The notes below the pieces were generated by a model. It did not search any database, was not told the origin of the DNA, and was given only the letters and a program-made list of their open reading frames with translations. The translations under genes and the position numbers were made by a program. 27,319 nucleotides of DNA from Octopus sinensis (taxonomy: Eukaryota), in assembly GCF_006345805.1 (NCBI RefSeq), contig NW_021833386.1:1-27319 (forward strand), in the 5' to 3' direction. Positions 25,707 through 27,319 of the stretch are shown in pieces (position 1 is the first letter of the stretch; every line of letters starts with the position of its first letter).

Positions 25707-26134
25707 ATTATGTATGAAGGTATTTATATACATATATGTATATATGCATGTATATATATTTATATATATAATGTACTGATCCATTATTATTGAGGTAAAA
25801 ATATACTCAACCTACAGAGAGATAGTCATTTAATAGACGCATTAAATATCTATGCACACGCGCACGCGCATATATGGTAATGGTGGCTTATTCGCAATTA
25901 ACAACTGAAAGACAGAAATATAGACGTCAGTCATAAGTGCTTTCTGCGGTTATGAGTAGATTTGACTGTTATTTCTAGCAATACTGGTGCTGACTAATGC
26001 CCTTTGTCACTTTCAGTAACGTACACACACACACATACACACACACACACACACACACAACACACACACACACATATATGTGAAACAAGGTGGAAAAAAG
26101 AGTACTCAAATACCAGTGGTAGAGTAATATGCTC

Positions 26135-26284
26135 TATTTAAAAGCACCAGAAATATAACAAAAGCTGTTACTCAAAGTTTCACGTTCCCGTTCGTCGGAC
26201 AGTTTTATTTTTAAAAAATGTCCGACGACGGGAATGTGAAACTCTGAGTAACAGCTTTTGTAATATTTCTGCTGCTTTTAAATA
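26135..26284. repeat. Short inverted-repeat element (arms 26135-26201 and 26219-26284) with outward-facing HHR motifs
   Basis: Arms of ~66 nt differ by 4 substitutions and 1 indel. A remnant of the same family's 3' half lies at ~120-170. Confidence 0.92.
26165..26202 (-). ncRNA. Type I hammerhead motif with U4C core variant
   Basis: CUGU-CCGACGA-ACG(GGAA)CGU-GAAA-CU(UUG)AG-U-A-ACAG. Stem I 4 bp, stem II 3 bp with GNRA tetraloop, stem III 3 bp, GUA site. The plus-strand partner (26219-26253) has lost one A and has a C>T change. Confidence 0.65.
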
Positions 26285-26372
26285 AAGTATATATATAGAT
26301 ATATAGATATATGTGTGTGTGTGTATGTGTGTGTGTGTGTTGTGTTGTATGTGTTTATGTATGTATGTATGT

Positions 26373-26827
26373 ATATGGAAAAAAAGATCAAGGTAGAAAA
26401 TGTTGAAATAATTTTATAAAAAACATTTCAGTACTGCTTTCAATCATTGAGGCTTTTTCAACTGTAAGTACGGAAAACAATTAAATTTTGAAAAAATTAA
26501 AAGAAAAGATTTTTAAAGAATATTTGCATAAGTATTCAAATACAAGGGGCATTTTCCTTGTTTCTGCCTGTCTCTGTCTCTCTTGTTTACTCGTGTGGGT
26601 TCGAGGTCGGACCTCGAACCCACAAGAATACTATGCAAATATTCTTTTAAAACTATATTCTTTTGAATACTATATAAATATTCTTTTAAAAAGTTTTCTT
26701 TTAACTTTTACAACATTTAATTGTTTTTTATACTCAGAGTTGAAAAAGTTTCAATGACTGAAACCGGTACTGAAATGTTTCTTATAAAATAATTTTAGCG
26801 TTTTCTACCTTACATTTTTTTCCATAT
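26373..26827. repeat. Inverted-repeat element (arms ~26373-26537 and ~26626-26827) with outward-facing HHR-like motifs and a central palindrome
   Basis: Arms align (aaacatttcagtac / gtactgaaatgttt; aagaatatttgcata / tatgcaaatattctt). The right arm has an internal ~40-nt duplication. Confidence 0.88.
26737..26772 (+). ncRNA. Minimal hammerhead-like motif with U3-A8 core (UUGAAAA)
   Basis: AG-UUGAAAA-AGUU(UCAAU)GACU-GAAA-CCGG-U-A-CU. Stem II 4 bp, palindromic ACCGGU stem III. The left-arm partner 26429-26464 (minus) has the same core and a 3-bp stem I (CAG/CUG). Confidence 0.55.
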
Positions 26828-26940
26828 ATATCAACTCTTGTGTTCCTTTTCAACCTTCTACATATATATACATACATTTAGAATTGCACACGCACACACG
26901 CATGTGTATATACATATATACGCTCGCATTTTTCTTCTTC

Positions 26941-26976
26941 TTTTCTGTCGAAGAGCGTAGGCTCGAAACGTCAAAG
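26941..26976 (+). ncRNA. Minimal hammerhead-like motif with A6U core change
   Basis: UUUU-CUGUCGA-A-GAGC(GUAG)GCUC-GAAA-CG-U-C-AAAG. Same architecture as 294-328, GUC site. Confidence 0.55.
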
Positions 26977-27319
26977 ACTTTTCCATTTTTCCCGAGCGTC
27001 AAACTAATACACTTGCTTGTTGTTCCTACACCTGTCTTCGTCTTTTGTTTTTGTATGTATGTATGTATGTATGTATGTATGTATGTATGTATGTATGTAT
27101 GTATGTATGTATGTATGTATGTATGCATGCATTTGCATATGCATACATAGAAATGCGTATAGGATAGCTGGGTAGGTATATTTGCATATGAATTTATAAT
27201 GATATACATCTATAAGAATGTACGTTTTAGAGAGACTTAGTTATTTTAATATTTCTTATATATATTATATATATATATATACGTCCATGTATATATGTAT
27301 ATATTGCATACACACACAC

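Overview
Eukaryotic non-coding DNA with no confidently identifiable host exon. It is dominated by microsatellites, tRNA-derived SINEs and decayed retroelements. The SINE families and repeat texture match my recollection of Octopus (cephalopod) genomes; this is an inference and was not checked. Nearly all ORFs in the supplied track are translations of microsatellites. The real coding relics are a 5'-truncated Tx1/L1-clade LINE on the minus strand (12373-15163, plus two shorter copies), a decayed RLE-type (R4/Dong-like) LINE (22110-23520) and a Tc1/mariner transposase fragment (732-887). The main unexplained signal, found by manual folding, is about 12 type I hammerhead ribozyme (HHR) motifs from several sequence families, at 0.3-2.3 kb, 6.5 kb and 26.1-27.0 kb. 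Most lie in long inverted repeats, pointing outward. They include non-canonical cores (U3-A8 compensatory pair, U4C, A6U). One element has an inverted arm that starts at the predicted cleavage site. These are probably non-autonomous Penelope-like element (PLE) derivatives. Catalytic activity is untested.
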